From a virus (lineage: Duplodnaviria; Heunggongvirae; Uroviricota; Caudoviricetes): 64,000 nt of DNA. The stretch lies in the IMG/VR virus record IMGVR_UViG_2897328257_000003; one strand, 5' to 3'. Position 1 is the first letter of the stretch, and each line of letters starts with the position of its first letter. Shown here piece by piece: positions 54,080 through 63,074 of this stretch. A program made the position numbers and the translations under genes. Below the pieces are notes generated by a model that did no database searches, had not been told where the DNA came from, and was given only the letters and a program-made list of their open reading frames with translations.

Positions 54080-55724
54080 GTACGCAGAAGACGTAAAAAC
54101 GGGCAAAATTCCGGCCTGTAAACGGCTGAAACAGGCCGTTAAACGGTACTTTTCGGACCTTGAAAGCCCCCTTTACACGTTCGATCGTGAGGTTGTGGAG
54201 CGGTTTATTGCCTTTTCCAGGGTGTGCCCGCACGTAAAAGGGCCGATGCGTGGCAGACCCATTGAGCTGGAGCCGTGGCAGCAGTTCGCCTTTGCGTGCA
54301 TCCTCGGCTTTAAGGTTAAGGCCACCGGACGGCGCAAATACACGAGCGCCTTTATCGAAGTGCCGCGCAAAAATGCGAAATCCACGACCGCCGCGATTCT
54401 GGCTAACTGGTTTCTGATTATGGAGAACGGGCAGCAGGATATTTACACCGCAGCGGTGAGCCGTGACCAGGCGCGGATCGTTTTTGATGATGCGCGTCAG
54501 ATGTGCCTTTTATCCCGACCGTTACGCAGGCGGGTGAATATTCAGGCCCACAAGGTGATGCACCCGAAAAGCAACAGCCTGTTAAAGCCGCTGGCAGCAA
54601 AAGCGGCAACCATCGAGGGCACAAACCCAAGCCTTTCCATCGTGGACGAATACCACCTACACCCCGATAACGGCGTTTATTCCGCGCTTGAGCTGGGGAT
54701 GGGCGCACGTCCCGAAGGGCTGTTATTTGCCATTACCACATCGGGCAGTAACGTCGTTTCAGCCTGTAAGCAGCACTATGATTATTGCTGCCAGATCCTG
54801 GACGGCGAAGAGGTCAACGATTCAATTTTTGTGCTGATTTACGAGCTGGACGACGAAAACGAGGTTGATGATCCGGCGATGTGGATAAAGGCTAACCCTA
54901 ACATCGATGTTTCCGTGGATCGTGAAAAACTGGCCTCAACCATCCAGAAAGCGCGGGGTATTCCGTCGCAATGGGTGGAGATGATGACAAAGCGATTTAA
55001 TATCTGGTGCCAGGGGGCTACCCCGTGGATGGGTAACGGCGCATGGGCTGAGTGTGCCGGAACGTTCACGGAGGAAGATTTACTCGGGCAGGAGTGTTAC
55101 GCGGGGCTGGACTTATCATCAACCAGCGATATTTCCAGCGTGTGCTATGCCTTTCCGGTCGGTAAAAATATCATGCTGGTTTCCCGTCATTATCTGCCGG
55201 AGTTCCAGCTACAGAACCCCGCCAATAAAAACCGCGCTGTCTATCGCCAGTGGGCTAAAGCGGGCTGGATACGCACAACGCCAGGTGACTGCATTGATTA
55301 CGACCGGATCAGAGATGACATCATGCAGGATGCGGAGAAATTTAATATCAGGCTGGTGGGCTTTGATACGTGGAACGCCACGCATCTCAGGACGCAATTA
55401 CAGGGGGCAGGCTTTGAGGTGGAGCCGTTCCCGCAAACCTACCTCAGATTCAGTCCGGCGGCGAAATCGTTCGAAGTTTTTGTTAACCGCAGGGTGATTG
55501 TGCATCGTGGCGATCCGGTGTTGTCCTGGTCGATGAGTAACGTCGTGATGCAGAGTGACGCGAACGCCAATATCAAGCCGAACAAGAAAAAATCACCGAA
55601 CAAGATAGACCCGAGCGTGGCGGCGCTGATGGCGTTTGGTACATTCCAGGCAGAGCATGAGGATTTTGCTTTTGATATAAGCGACAGCCACCGCCAGAAA
55701 CTGGAAGAATTTAGCGGGGTGTAA
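54063..55724 (+). CDS. Terminase large subunit
   Basis: 553 aa; ATPase region (FIEVPRKNAKSTTAA) and nuclease-domain character; overlaps TerS stop. Confidence 0.88.
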   Translation: MTAWNKYAEDVKTGKIPACKRLKQAVKRYFSDLESPLYTFDREVVERFIAFSRVCPHVKGPMRGRPIELEPWQQFAFACILGFKVKATGRRKYTSAFIEVPRKNAKSTTAAILANWFLIMENGQQDIYTAAVSRDQARIVFDDARQMCLLSRPLRRRVNIQAHKVMHPKSNSLLKPLAAKAATIEGTNPSLSIVDEYHLHPDNGVYSALELGMGARPEGLLFAITTSGSNVVSACKQHYDYCCQILDGEEVNDSIFVLIYELDDENEVDDPAMWIKANPNIDVSVDREKLASTIQKARGIPSQWVEMMTKRFNIWCQGATPWMGNGAWAECAGTFTEEDLLGQECYAGLDLSSTSDISSVCYAFPVGKNIMLVSRHYLPEFQLQNPANKNRAVYRQWAKAGWIRTTPGDCIDYDRIRDDIMQDAEKFNIRLVGFDTWNATHLRTQLQGAGFEVEPFPQTYLRFSPAAKSFEVFVNRRVIVHRGDPVLSWSMSNVVMQSDANANIKPNKKKSPNKIDPSVAALMAFGTFQAEHEDFAFDISDSHRQKLEEFSGV

Positions 55725-55737
55725 TGAGGTCAGCAGC

Positions 55738-56019
55738 ATGACAGAAGCCGAAATACTGCGATTAATCCGCCGCGTCTCTGGAATCAGCCAGCAGGCTGAC
55801 GAACAGACCACGCAGCCGGACAGCGTGACAGCCGAAAATTATGCGCGTGTTGTTGCTGAGGTGATGCGCCGTGATGGTATCCAGCTTAATGATGCGGATA
55901 TGCGCGACATACGGATCCGCGTTCTGGAAATGCTGGCCTACAATCGCCGCGTTGAACTGTATCGGGAGAAGGAGAAAATCACGTACCACTGGAAGAAGCC
56001 GGAGCGGTTACGGCGGTAA
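55738..56019 (+). CDS. Conserved hypothetical 93-aa protein at the right end of both islands
   Basis: Close homolog at 63330-63611 (MTEAE.LRLIRRV.GISQQ.DEQ.TQPDSVTAENYARVVAEVMRRDGI.LN..DMR.IR.RVLE.LAY.RRVE.YREKEKITYHWKKPERLRR). Confidence 0.6.
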   Translation: MTEAEILRLIRRVSGISQQADEQTTQPDSVTAENYARVVAEVMRRDGIQLNDADMRDIRIRVLEMLAYNRRVELYREKEKITYHWKKPERLRR

Positions 56020-56433
56020 CTTGTTGATTAAAAGGCGGCTCAATTCTGAGCTGGGTAGCTGACGGCGGTAACTGTTTTATATTCCCGATAGCGCAAAAAT
56101 GCGCGGTCGGGCAGAATGACCACCACCTCAATCGTGACGGAGAGTGACAACCAGTGACACACCGTGACAAAAAGACGGTTTAACCGTTCATTAAAAATCG
56201 ACGTGATTTTGTGCTATCAGGATGACGTGGCCAACGTCATTTTTTAGCGAAAAATTCTGATTAAGGTCACTGGCTGAATGGTCATAATGACCACGCAGAC
56301 CATCGAGGCAACCATAGCGATCATCGTTACGGTTGGAGCTTTTCCGCCATTGGTGGAAAAGGTGCACATCTGGATCATCATTACGGTGATCAAGGGTATG
56401 TAAAACCCACCAGCCTGATTAAATGTTAACCGG
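56020..56433. repeat. Island-1 right-end non-coding region with repeated motifs (cggcggtaact x2, GTGACA repeats, palindrome tggtcataatgacca); probable attR/arm-site region
   Basis: Motifs partly shared with the island-2 right end (63612-63820); contains a 38-codon hydrophobic ORF at 56287-56403. Confidence 0.4.
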
Positions 56434-56444
56434 NNNNNNNNNNN
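56434..56444. other. Assembly gap (11 N) between islands
   Basis: Run of n; sequence resumes at the same conserved motif that follows the 623-N gap in island 1. Confidence 0.99.
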
Positions 56445-56559
56445 TGATTATACTGGAATCCAGTTGAGTGTTTATCACTCAATGCAAACGAGGCTGAAAA
56501 GGATTGCCGTCCTTTCGCAGCCTCTGACCACCAACGATAGCGAAAGTATCGAGGTAGCT
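56445..56559 (+). promoter_or_regulatory. Conserved control region (copy 2) with palindrome TTGAGTG-N5-CACTCAA (56464-56482)
   Basis: Near-identical to 44836-44952. Confidence 0.5.
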
Positions 56560-56763
56560 ATGAGAAATCATATCACACACCCGCAAGGGCGGGACTCGCA
56601 CAACCTGAATAAATTCACCTGGCGTTTTATCGCCCTGAGCACGGCACAACCGCGCGTGATTACCATTGAGGCCACCAGCGAACAGGAAGCACGCCTGCAA
56701 TCCCCGGCTGGCTGCGTGATGGTATTCGCTGCCCGTATTCGTCAGGGGGGGTGCCATGCCTGA
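56560..56763 (+). CDS. Hypothetical small protein (homolog of 44953-45153)
   Basis: Same SD and start context; N-terminus conserved, C-terminus divergent. Confidence 0.5.
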   Translation: MRNHITHPQGRDSHNLNKFTWRFIALSTAQPRVITIEATSEQEARLQSPAGCVMVFAARIRQGGCHA

Positions 56764-57076
56764 CATGACCAATTACCAGTACCTGATTAATCCGCATTTT
56801 AACTGTGAGCATGATATTGCTAAAAAGGTTTATTCCGCTGCGGATGGGGCTACTGACAATATATCAATGGCTGTTTCGTCAATTGGTAGCCTGATGTGGT
56901 ATGCGTCAGAAAATGAGGAATATGACGAAAAGGCCATGCGCATTGACATGGGGAATATTGGCTTGTTACTGGCAATGCTTGGGCAGTTTGATATTTCGTT
57001 ACGGTGCACCATTGAAAATGCCACAGATGCATTAAATGCCATAAAGAAAGCGAATACTGATTCAAATCGGGGATAA
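56756..57076 (+). CDS. Hypothetical protein (106 aa), island-2-specific variable-slot gene
   Basis: Six-frame ORF in the same slot as island-1 ORFs 45146-45754 but unrelated in sequence. Confidence 0.45.
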   Translation: MPDMTNYQYLINPHFNCEHDIAKKVYSAADGATDNISMAVSSIGSLMWYASENEEYDEKAMRIDMGNIGLLLAMLGQFDISLRCTIENATDALNAIKKANTDSNRG

Positions 57077-57082
57077 ATAATC

Positions 57083-57382
57083 ATGAGAACATATTTATCT
57101 GGCTTGACTGCCAGCGGTTATGCACACCCCAAAATTATCCCCGGCGCTATTTATCTGGATAAGAACGGTAACAGAGTAACGGTAAAAGAACTGATGTTTG
57201 ACCGTGTGTATTTTATCCGTGATGGCTATTCATTTCTTAGTTCGCTGAACGTGGAGATCTTTATTAGCAGATTCAGGCGGGAAATCCCGCTTTCCAGAAA
57301 TAACCATGTGTCATGTATGGATGTTGATAAAAAACTACAGGAACTAAAAAACATGATTGCCGCGTGGAGAGAGCAGAAATGA
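57083..57382 (+). CDS. Hypothetical protein with GLTASG motif (99 aa)
   Basis: Counterpart of 45760-46059; stop overlaps primase start. Confidence 0.5.
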   Translation: MRTYLSGLTASGYAHPKIIPGAIYLDKNGNRVTVKELMFDRVYFIRDGYSFLSSLNVEIFISRFRREIPLSRNNHVSCMDVDKKLQELKNMIAAWREQK

Positions 57383-59196
57383 AAAAAGCGCCAAATTTAA
57401 AACACCAGCCACGTGACAAAATGATGGAAGTCATCATTTTTGCGGGTAGTGATGCGTGGGCACATGCGAAGCAATGGCAGGAACAGGACGGGCGACTGGC
57501 TGGCGACAGCGTGCCTCCTGTCTGGCTTGGAGAGCAACAACTTGCCGAACTGGACAACCTGCAAATCGTACCGGACGGACGCTATCGCGTGCGTCTCTAT
57601 CAGGCGGGGTTATTGCGTCCGGGGCTTGTTAATACCATCGGGCAGAAACTGGCAGCGGCAGGTGTCAGGGATGCTGATTATTACCCTGAAGGAATGCACA
57701 GCCAGAAACGGGAGAACTGGCGCGAATATCTGGAACGTGAACGGGCAGAGCAGGCGGAAAAGAAAAAGGTAGTTGAACTGCCTGTAAAGAAAAAAGAGCG
57801 GGTAAAAGACGATAACGCTTCATCACTGGCGCTTAACCAGATGGGAGCAAGTCAACGCGGCGAAGTTCTCCTGGCACATTATGGCGGTGAACTGGCGATT
57901 CATGCTGACTCTGACACTGTTCACTATTACAACGGCGTTGTATGGGAGCCAGTACAGGATAAAGAATTACAGCGAGCTATGGCACAGATTTTCATTGATG
58001 CGGAGATCAGCTATTCGCAGAACGCCATTAAATCGGCGGTCGATACCATGAAGTTAAGTTTGCCTGTAATGGGGAATACAGCCCGTAACCTGATTGGATT
58101 CAGTAACGGTGTTTTTGATACCCGGACAGGCGATTTTCGGGAGCATAACAAAAACGACTGGTTGTTAATTGCCAGTGAATTACCTTTCAGCCCACCAGCA
58201 GAGGGGGAAACGCTGGCAACACATGCGCCGAATTTCTGGAAGTGGTTACGCCGTTCGGTGGCTGAGAATGACCGCAAGGCGGATCGCGTACTGGCTGCAT
58301 TATTCATGGTGCTGGCGAACCGGTACGACTGGCAGTTATTCATTGAGGTAACAGGTCCAGGGGGAAGTGGTAAAAGCGTGATGGCGGAGATTTGCACCAT
58401 GCTGGCGGGTAAGGCCAACACGGTATCGGCAAGCATGAAGGCGCTGGAAGATGCCAGGGAACGCGCGTTAGTGGTTGGCTTTTCGCTGATTATCATGCCG
58501 GATATGACCCGTTACGCTGGTGATGGCGCAGGAATTAAGGCCATTACAGGCGGTGACAAGGTGGCAATCGACCCGAAGCATAAAGCCCCCTACTCAACAC
58601 GCATTCAGGCGGTAGTGTTGGCGGTGAACAATAACGCCATGTCATTCAGTGACCGCAGCGGGGGGATTTCACGTCGTCGGGTGATATTCAATTTTTCGGA
58701 GGTTGTACCGGAAAACGAACGCGACCCCATGCTGGCAGAAAAAATAGAAGGAGAGCTGGCGGTTGTGATTCGCCACCTGCTTACTCGTTTTTCTGACCAG
58801 GACGAAGCTAAACGCCTGCTGTATGAGCAGCAGAAATCAGAAGAAGCTCTGGTGATAAAACGCGAGGGCGATTCGCTGGTGGACTTCTGCGGCTATCTCA
58901 TGTCGTCGGTAATGTGTGATGGTCTGTTAGTGGGTAATGCCGAAATTATTCCGTTCAGTCCGCGCAGGTATCTTTATCACGCCTATCTGGCATATATGAG
59001 GGCACACGGATTCGGTAAACCTGTAACACTGACGCGCTTCGGTAAAGATATGCCGGGGGCAATGGCGGAATATGGCAGGGAGTATATGAAACGGAAAACG
59101 AAGCACGGTTTGCGTTCAAATGTGACCCTGACAGAGGATTCAGAAGACTGGATGCCATCATGTGCATCGGTCACAAATGACGATGGAAAAAATTAA
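57379..59196 (+). CDS. P4-family phage/plasmid primase / replication initiator (island-2 allele)
   Basis: About 605 aa; Walker A FIEVTGPGGSGKSV; N-terminus and C-terminal domain related to island-1 primase, middle divergent; start refined to MKKAPNLK; six-frame ORF starts at 57364. Confidence 0.85.
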   Translation: MKKAPNLKHQPRDKMMEVIIFAGSDAWAHAKQWQEQDGRLAGDSVPPVWLGEQQLAELDNLQIVPDGRYRVRLYQAGLLRPGLVNTIGQKLAAAGVRDADYYPEGMHSQKRENWREYLERERAEQAEKKKVVELPVKKKERVKDDNASSLALNQMGASQRGEVLLAHYGGELAIHADSDTVHYYNGVVWEPVQDKELQRAMAQIFIDAEISYSQNAIKSAVDTMKLSLPVMGNTARNLIGFSNGVFDTRTGDFREHNKNDWLLIASELPFSPPAEGETLATHAPNFWKWLRRSVAENDRKADRVLAALFMVLANRYDWQLFIEVTGPGGSGKSVMAEICTMLAGKANTVSASMKALEDARERALVVGFSLIIMPDMTRYAGDGAGIKAITGGDKVAIDPKHKAPYSTRIQAVVLAVNNNAMSFSDRSGGISRRRVIFNFSEVVPENERDPMLAEKIEGELAVVIRHLLTRFSDQDEAKRLLYEQQKSEEALVIKREGDSLVDFCGYLMSSVMCDGLLVGNAEIIPFSPRRYLYHAYLAYMRAHGFGKPVTLTRFGKDMPGAMAEYGREYMKRKTKHGLRSNVTLTEDSEDWMPSCASVTNDDGKN

Positions 59197-59460
59197 ACTT
59201 ATGGAATAACTGTTCACCACTGTTCAGCCTGCAATAAATGTCTTTTATATCAGTATATTATAGGGTGAACAGTTATTTATGAACTGTTCACCAAACTATT
59301 CACTGTTCACCTTTTTGATTCTTTATTGAGCTTTAAGGGTGAACAGTGGTGAACAGTTGGTGAATAGTTTTTGTGAAACTGTTCACCCCTTAACATCATG
59401 AATAAAAAGGGAAAATTGCAAAAGGTGAACAGGTGAAGGGTTGAAATGCAAAAATTTTAT
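59197..59460. repeat. Iteron array, putative island-2 replication origin (GTGAACAG-type)
   Basis: At least 10 copies of TGTTCACC/GGTGAACAG in both orientations (aactgttcaccactgttcag, gggtgaacagtt, gaactgttcaccaaactattcactgttcacc, gggtgaacagtggtgaacagttggtgaatag, ggtgaacaggtgaagg) right after the primase gene. Confidence 0.65.
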
Positions 59461-59483
59461 TTTATTGCTGTGAGGTAAAGCCT

Positions 59484-59729
59484 GTGACAACGAAGCACGC
59501 CAAAAAACCACAATCTCACGCCCTTGATTTGACAGAACACTGGCTGAGGGTGGCGATAAAAATCATCGACCGCAACGCCGGGGAAGGATACGCGAAGGAA
59601 CATCCCGACCTGATAAGCGCATTCATGACCACAGCAGCGGCAAACTTTGCCACGCTGACAGAACGGGAGATTGCCGAAGCGGAACAGGTAACAACCATCA
59701 ACGTTAAAACCGGAGAGGGGGCAGTATGA
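59484..59729 (+). CDS. Hypothetical protein conserved in both islands (homolog of 48091-48405)
   Basis: GTG start with SD gaggt; C-terminal region near-identical to island-1 copy. Confidence 0.55.
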   Translation: MTTKHAKKPQSHALDLTEHWLRVAIKIIDRNAGEGYAKEHPDLISAFMTTAAANFATLTEREIAEAEQVTTINVKTGEGAV

Positions 59730-60136
59730 CGGCACAGATAGCCGCTTACGGGCGGCTGGTGGACGACCCGCAGGTAAAACAGACCAGCAAGGGCACACCA
59801 ATGACGCTGGCTCGTATGGCGGTATCGCTGCCATGCAGCCAGGCACAGGACGGACAGGCGACGTTATGGCTGTCGGTCATCGCATTTGGCAAACAGTCCG
59901 ACTTCCTGGCTAAACATCAAAAAGGCGACGTTGCCAGCGTATCCGGCACGATGCAGGTAAGCCAGTGGACCGGACAGAACGGGGAGACGCGTCAGGGTTA
60001 TCAGGTTATTGCAGACAGCGTAATCAGTGCCCGTGCGGCACGTCCTGGCGGGAACAGACGCAAAACCACAGGCGCACAGGGTAATCAGCCACCAGCGGGA
60101 GACGATGATCCCTACGGTGATGATATTCCGTTCTGA
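59726..60136 (+). CDS. ssb: Single-stranded DNA-binding protein (SSB-like, C-terminal DDIPF)
   Basis: Near-identical to island-1 SSB; ends ...AGDDDPYGDDIPF. Confidence 0.75.
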   Translation: MTAQIAAYGRLVDDPQVKQTSKGTPMTLARMAVSLPCSQAQDGQATLWLSVIAFGKQSDFLAKHQKGDVASVSGTMQVSQWTGQNGETRQGYQVIADSVISARAARPGGNRRKTTGAQGNQPPAGDDDPYGDDIPF

Positions 60137-60146
60137 GGGGGTGACG

Positions 60147-60395
60147 ATGGTACATGACCGCATAGCGGAAGAACTCGAAGCGAAAGGATTTTACCGGAGG
60201 GCGGCGGCGCGATGGGGTGAAGTCATGATGCTGGTGGAGACAGACAAGGAACGGCATCACATCACGATGCGACGGCTGGAATGTTCCAGGAAGGCACAGA
60301 GGCCACCGGAGCCGCCAACGGAGAACTATGCAGACCTGAGAAATGCAGTAAATCGCACTTACGCAGACATGGGGCTGAGCAAATTAGCAGAGTAG
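60147..60395 (+). CDS. PerC/Pch-family-like transcriptional regulator (putative)
   Basis: 82 aa; AEELEAKGFYRRAAARWGEVM core shared with island-1 copy. Confidence 0.5.
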   Translation: MVHDRIAEELEAKGFYRRAAARWGEVMMLVETDKERHHITMRRLECSRKAQRPPEPPTENYADLRNAVNRTYADMGLSKLAE

Positions 60396-60416
60396 GAATA
60401 CCAGAACCACACCACA

Positions 60417-60490
60417 CAGCCGGAGCAATCCGGCTTTTTTGCGCCCAAAAAAAGCCCGATAAGGTCAGAGGTGGCTTATCGGGCTTTTGC
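60417..60490 (+). terminator. Tandem rho-independent terminators
   Basis: agccggagcaatccggc + T6, then aagcccgataag-N11-cttatcgggctt + TTTT (12-bp stem). Confidence 0.65.
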
Positions 60491-60649
60491 ATATGAGGCT
60501 TTTTGGTGCACTGACACACATGATCGGGATAATCATTTCATAATTTGCAACACAACTCAATATCATTGCACAAAATGCAATCATGATTATAATCATAACT
60601 GGATGAACATACAGTTGTGGTTTTTTAAGTCAAAGAGGAATTTCTTACT

Positions 60650-60856
60650 ATGGCTGAAGAGAAAAAAGGCGGTGTTTCGGTGTACATAAGCCCCGACATC
60701 GTGAAGGCGCTCAAGGAACGCCACCAGCAGAACGTAAAAGCAGGCATTGCGGCAGGACTTGATCCGCTGGCGATGGTTGAGCCGTCAACAGGCTGGCAGG
60801 TACGCGCCTATTTACGCGCGGCGCTGGGTATGAATCAGGTTCACGGGGGTGAATAA
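60650..60856 (+). CDS. Hypothetical 68-aa protein upstream of the gpE-like capsid gene
   Basis: SD aaagagg; stop overlaps the capsid gene start; no recognisable family. Confidence 0.45.
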   Translation: MAEEKKGGVSVYISPDIVKALKERHQQNVKAGIAAGLDPLAMVEPSTGWQVRAYLRAALGMNQVHGGE

Positions 60857-61911
60857 TGACAGGTAAAGCAACAGCACTTACCACTAATCAGCTTTTCACG
60901 TACCTGAATCGCGGGGATATTGCGGAATTTAAATTCAGTCCGCTGTTTACGACGCTGTTTTTCCCGAACGTGGCGACATTCAGCACCCAAAACATCATGC
61001 TGGATACCCTGGACATTGAAGAAGTCACCATGTCGGCGTTTTGTTCGCCTATGGTTGGCAGCCAGGTACAGCGCGATAAAGGGTACGAAACCAGCACAAT
61101 TAAACCTGGCTACATGAAGCCAAAGCACGAAATCGATCCAACGAAAACCATCATGCGCATGGCTGGAGAAGATCCAGCACAGCTTAACGACCCTACCTAC
61201 CGACGTATGCGCCTGATTACTGGCAACATGCGCCGCCAGGTAAACGCCATTAAAGCGCGCGTGGAATGGCTGGCGGTGAATGCGATAACGACCGGAAAAA
61301 ACATTATTGAGGGCGAAGGCATAGAACGCTATGAAATAGACTGGAAAATACCGGAAAACTGCATCATAGAGCAGGCCAAGGGTAAAAAATGGTCCGAGCA
61401 GGATAAAGAGATGCACGACCCAATCTATGACATCGAGCTTTATGCTGATCAGGCTGGTTGCCCCGCAAACGTCATGATTATGGGCGCTGAGGTATGGCGC
61501 ACGCTACGCAGCTTTAAAAAATTCCGTGAGCTGTACGATCTTTCCCGTGGTTCAGAATCCGCCGCAGAACTGGCCTGTAAAAACCTGGGCGAAGTGGTGA
61601 GCTTTAAAGGCTATCTGGGCGATATTGCCCTTATCGTCTATTCCGGCAAATACGCTGACAGCGACGGCACCGAAAAATATTTCCTTGAGCCTGATTTACT
61701 GGTCCTGGGTAACACCAACAATAAAGGCCTGGTGGCCTATGGTGCGATTATGGATCAGGAAGCGGTAAGAACGGGCGCAACGCAAAACATGTACTACCCG
61801 AAAAACTGGATTGAGGACGGCGATCCGGCGATTGAGTACGTGCAGACACACAGCGCACCGCAGCCGGTACCGGCAGATATTCGCAAATTTGTTACCGTCA
61901 AAATTGGTTAA
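60856..61911 (+). CDS. Major capsid protein, lambda gpE-like
   Basis: 351 aa; colinear similarity to lambda gpE as remembered (island KFSPLFTTLFF / PGYMKPKHEI / YPKNWIEDGDPA versus lambda KFDPLFLRLFF / PGYVKPKHEV / YPKNWVTTGDPA). Confidence 0.85.
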   Translation: MTGKATALTTNQLFTYLNRGDIAEFKFSPLFTTLFFPNVATFSTQNIMLDTLDIEEVTMSAFCSPMVGSQVQRDKGYETSTIKPGYMKPKHEIDPTKTIMRMAGEDPAQLNDPTYRRMRLITGNMRRQVNAIKARVEWLAVNAITTGKNIIEGEGIERYEIDWKIPENCIIEQAKGKKWSEQDKEMHDPIYDIELYADQAGCPANVMIMGAEVWRTLRSFKKFRELYDLSRGSESAAELACKNLGEVVSFKGYLGDIALIVYSGKYADSDGTEKYFLEPDLLVLGNTNNKGLVAYGAIMDQEAVRTGATQNMYYPKNWIEDGDPAIEYVQTHSAPQPVPADIRKFVTVKIG

Positions 61912-61922
61912 CGGGGGATTCT

Positions 61923-62258
61923 ATGGACACTCCATACATTGAGTTATTCGCAGGCAGTCAGCAGGTCGCCACGACGCTGGTACATTTTGCCGCTGATGCT
62001 GGCGTTATTCAGGAATTTACCCCGCTGATGCTGGCGGACAATGGCGAGTTTAAGCCGTGGGATGGTCAGGAATCTGGCAAGGCTGTTTATCTGACTTCGT
62101 ACCCCGTGGACACGTCGACGCAGAAATCAGCACAGTGTTACAAGACGGGGATATTTAATATCGCTGCCGTAAACTGGCCTGAGAGCGCCGACACTGACGC
62201 GAAAAAATGCGCTGCCTTTGCGGGGTCTGGCGTATCCGTTCAGCCGCTGGCGCGATAA
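61923..62258 (+). CDS. Head decoration protein, lambda gpD-like
   Basis: 111 aa; similar to lambda gpD as remembered (island FTPLMLADNGEFKPWDG...YKTGIFN...NWPESADTDAKKCAAFAGSGVSV versus lambda MTPLMLDTSSRKLVAWDG...YKSGTFR...[24 protein letters not shown]). Confidence 0.8.
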   Translation: MDTPYIELFAGSQQVATTLVHFAADAGVIQEFTPLMLADNGEFKPWDGQESGKAVYLTSYPVDTSTQKSAQCYKTGIFNIAAVNWPESADTDAKKCAAFAGSGVSVQPLAR

Positions 62259-62330
62259 GCAGGGGGAACGATGGCAGAACCCCGGGCGATGACGGCGACA
62301 TCGATCGCATACTGAAAACCATCTGAGACA

Positions 62331-62355
62331 GGCCGGAGAAATCCGGCTTTTTTTA
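62331..62355 (+). terminator. Rho-independent terminator (ggccggagaaatccggc + T7) just before cos
   Basis: Third copy of the gccgga/tccggc hairpin, followed by ttttttt. Confidence 0.6.
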
Positions 62356-62356
62356 C

Positions 62357-62430
62357 GGGTCCTTTCCGGCATATGGACCCGTTACGGGGCGGCGACCTCG
62401 CGGATTTTCGCTATTTATGAGCCTTTTCGG
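62357..62430 (+). promoter_or_regulatory. Lambda-type cos site 1 (cosQ-cosN conserved; predicted 12-nt cohesive end GGGCGGCGACCT at 62387-62398; divergent cosB)
   Basis: acgggtcctttccgg...gttacg|gggcggcgacctcgcggattttcgctatttatga matches the lambda right-end/left-end junction as remembered; downstream cosB region differs from lambda. Confidence 0.75.
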
Positions 62431-62531
62431 GTTTGTGGTGGTGGTTTTGTTGTTCGCTCTATCTCTATGAATAAAAAGGGAAAGATAAAACCAACACACC
62501 AACCTGAAACCTTAACTAAGTGGGTATATTG

Positions 62532-63074
62532 ATGAAATCGCACCTGATGAACAAAAAAAACATGGCGAAAAGCTGCCGTGTAAGTGCGACAGCGTTCGAC
62601 AAGTGGGGAGTGACACCCGTTGAACGTAAAGGCCGTGAGGCGTTTTATGATGTTGCCAGCGTGATAGACAATAGGGTTAACAATGCAATTAGCCAGCTTA
62701 CAAACGACAAAGTCGAGATTGATGATGATGAACTCTTACGAGTCAGGATCAGATTACTGACAGCACAGGCGGAGGCGCAGGAACTTAAAAACGAGCGCGA
62801 TCGCGGTGACGTGATTGATACAGAGTTTTGCATGTACGCGCTTTCAAAACTGGCAAGTCAGATTTCTTCAATCATGGACAGCCTCCCGCTTACTATGCAA
62901 AGGAACTTCCCACAGATGCCCCCCGCTATGCTGCATGGGCTTAAGAGGGAAGTAGTTAAAGCCTGTAATGCCAGTGCCAGAGTTGCCGACAACCTCCCAC
63001 AGATACTTGCTGATTACCTGAACGAAACAACCGGAAACGTACCGGAAAAGTTGCTACAGAAGAAAGGCGAGTAA
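62532..63074 (+). CDS. Terminase small subunit, lambda Nu1-like (divergent N-terminal DNA-binding region, conserved C-terminal region)
   Basis: About 180 aa; C-terminal half resembles lambda Nu1 (LTAQAEAQELKNERDRGDVIDTEFCMYALSKLASQISSIMDSLPLTMQRNFPQ); N-terminal HTH region divergent; lies directly downstream of cos1 as in lambda. Start could be 62520, 62532 or 62547. Confidence 0.78.
   Translation: MKSHLMNKKNMAKSCRVSATAFDKWGVTPVERKGREAFYDVASVIDNRVNNAISQLTNDKVEIDDDELLRVRIRLLTAQAEAQELKNERDRGDVIDTEFCMYALSKLASQISSIMDSLPLTMQRNFPQMPPAMLHGLKREVVKACNASARVADNLPQILADYLNETTGNVPEKLLQKKGE

Larger units (their letters stand above)
41694..56433 (+). mobile_element. Island 1: capsid-forming PICI-like phage satellite (int-alpA-pri-ori-ssb-perC-head module-HNH-terS-terL), inserted upstream of roxA
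   Basis: Gene content and order as listed below; no tail, lysis or lysogeny-repressor genes; about 14.7 kb as assembled (includes a 623-N gap and a 136-bp scaffold duplication). Exact att boundaries not determined. Confidence 0.7.

Noticed and set aside
56287-56403. Type I toxin (small hydrophobic peptide) at island 1 right end
   Set aside because: The ORF is short and hydrophobic but has no clear SD, no obvious antisense RNA partner, and overlaps a repeat-rich region; kept only as a note within the right-end finding.
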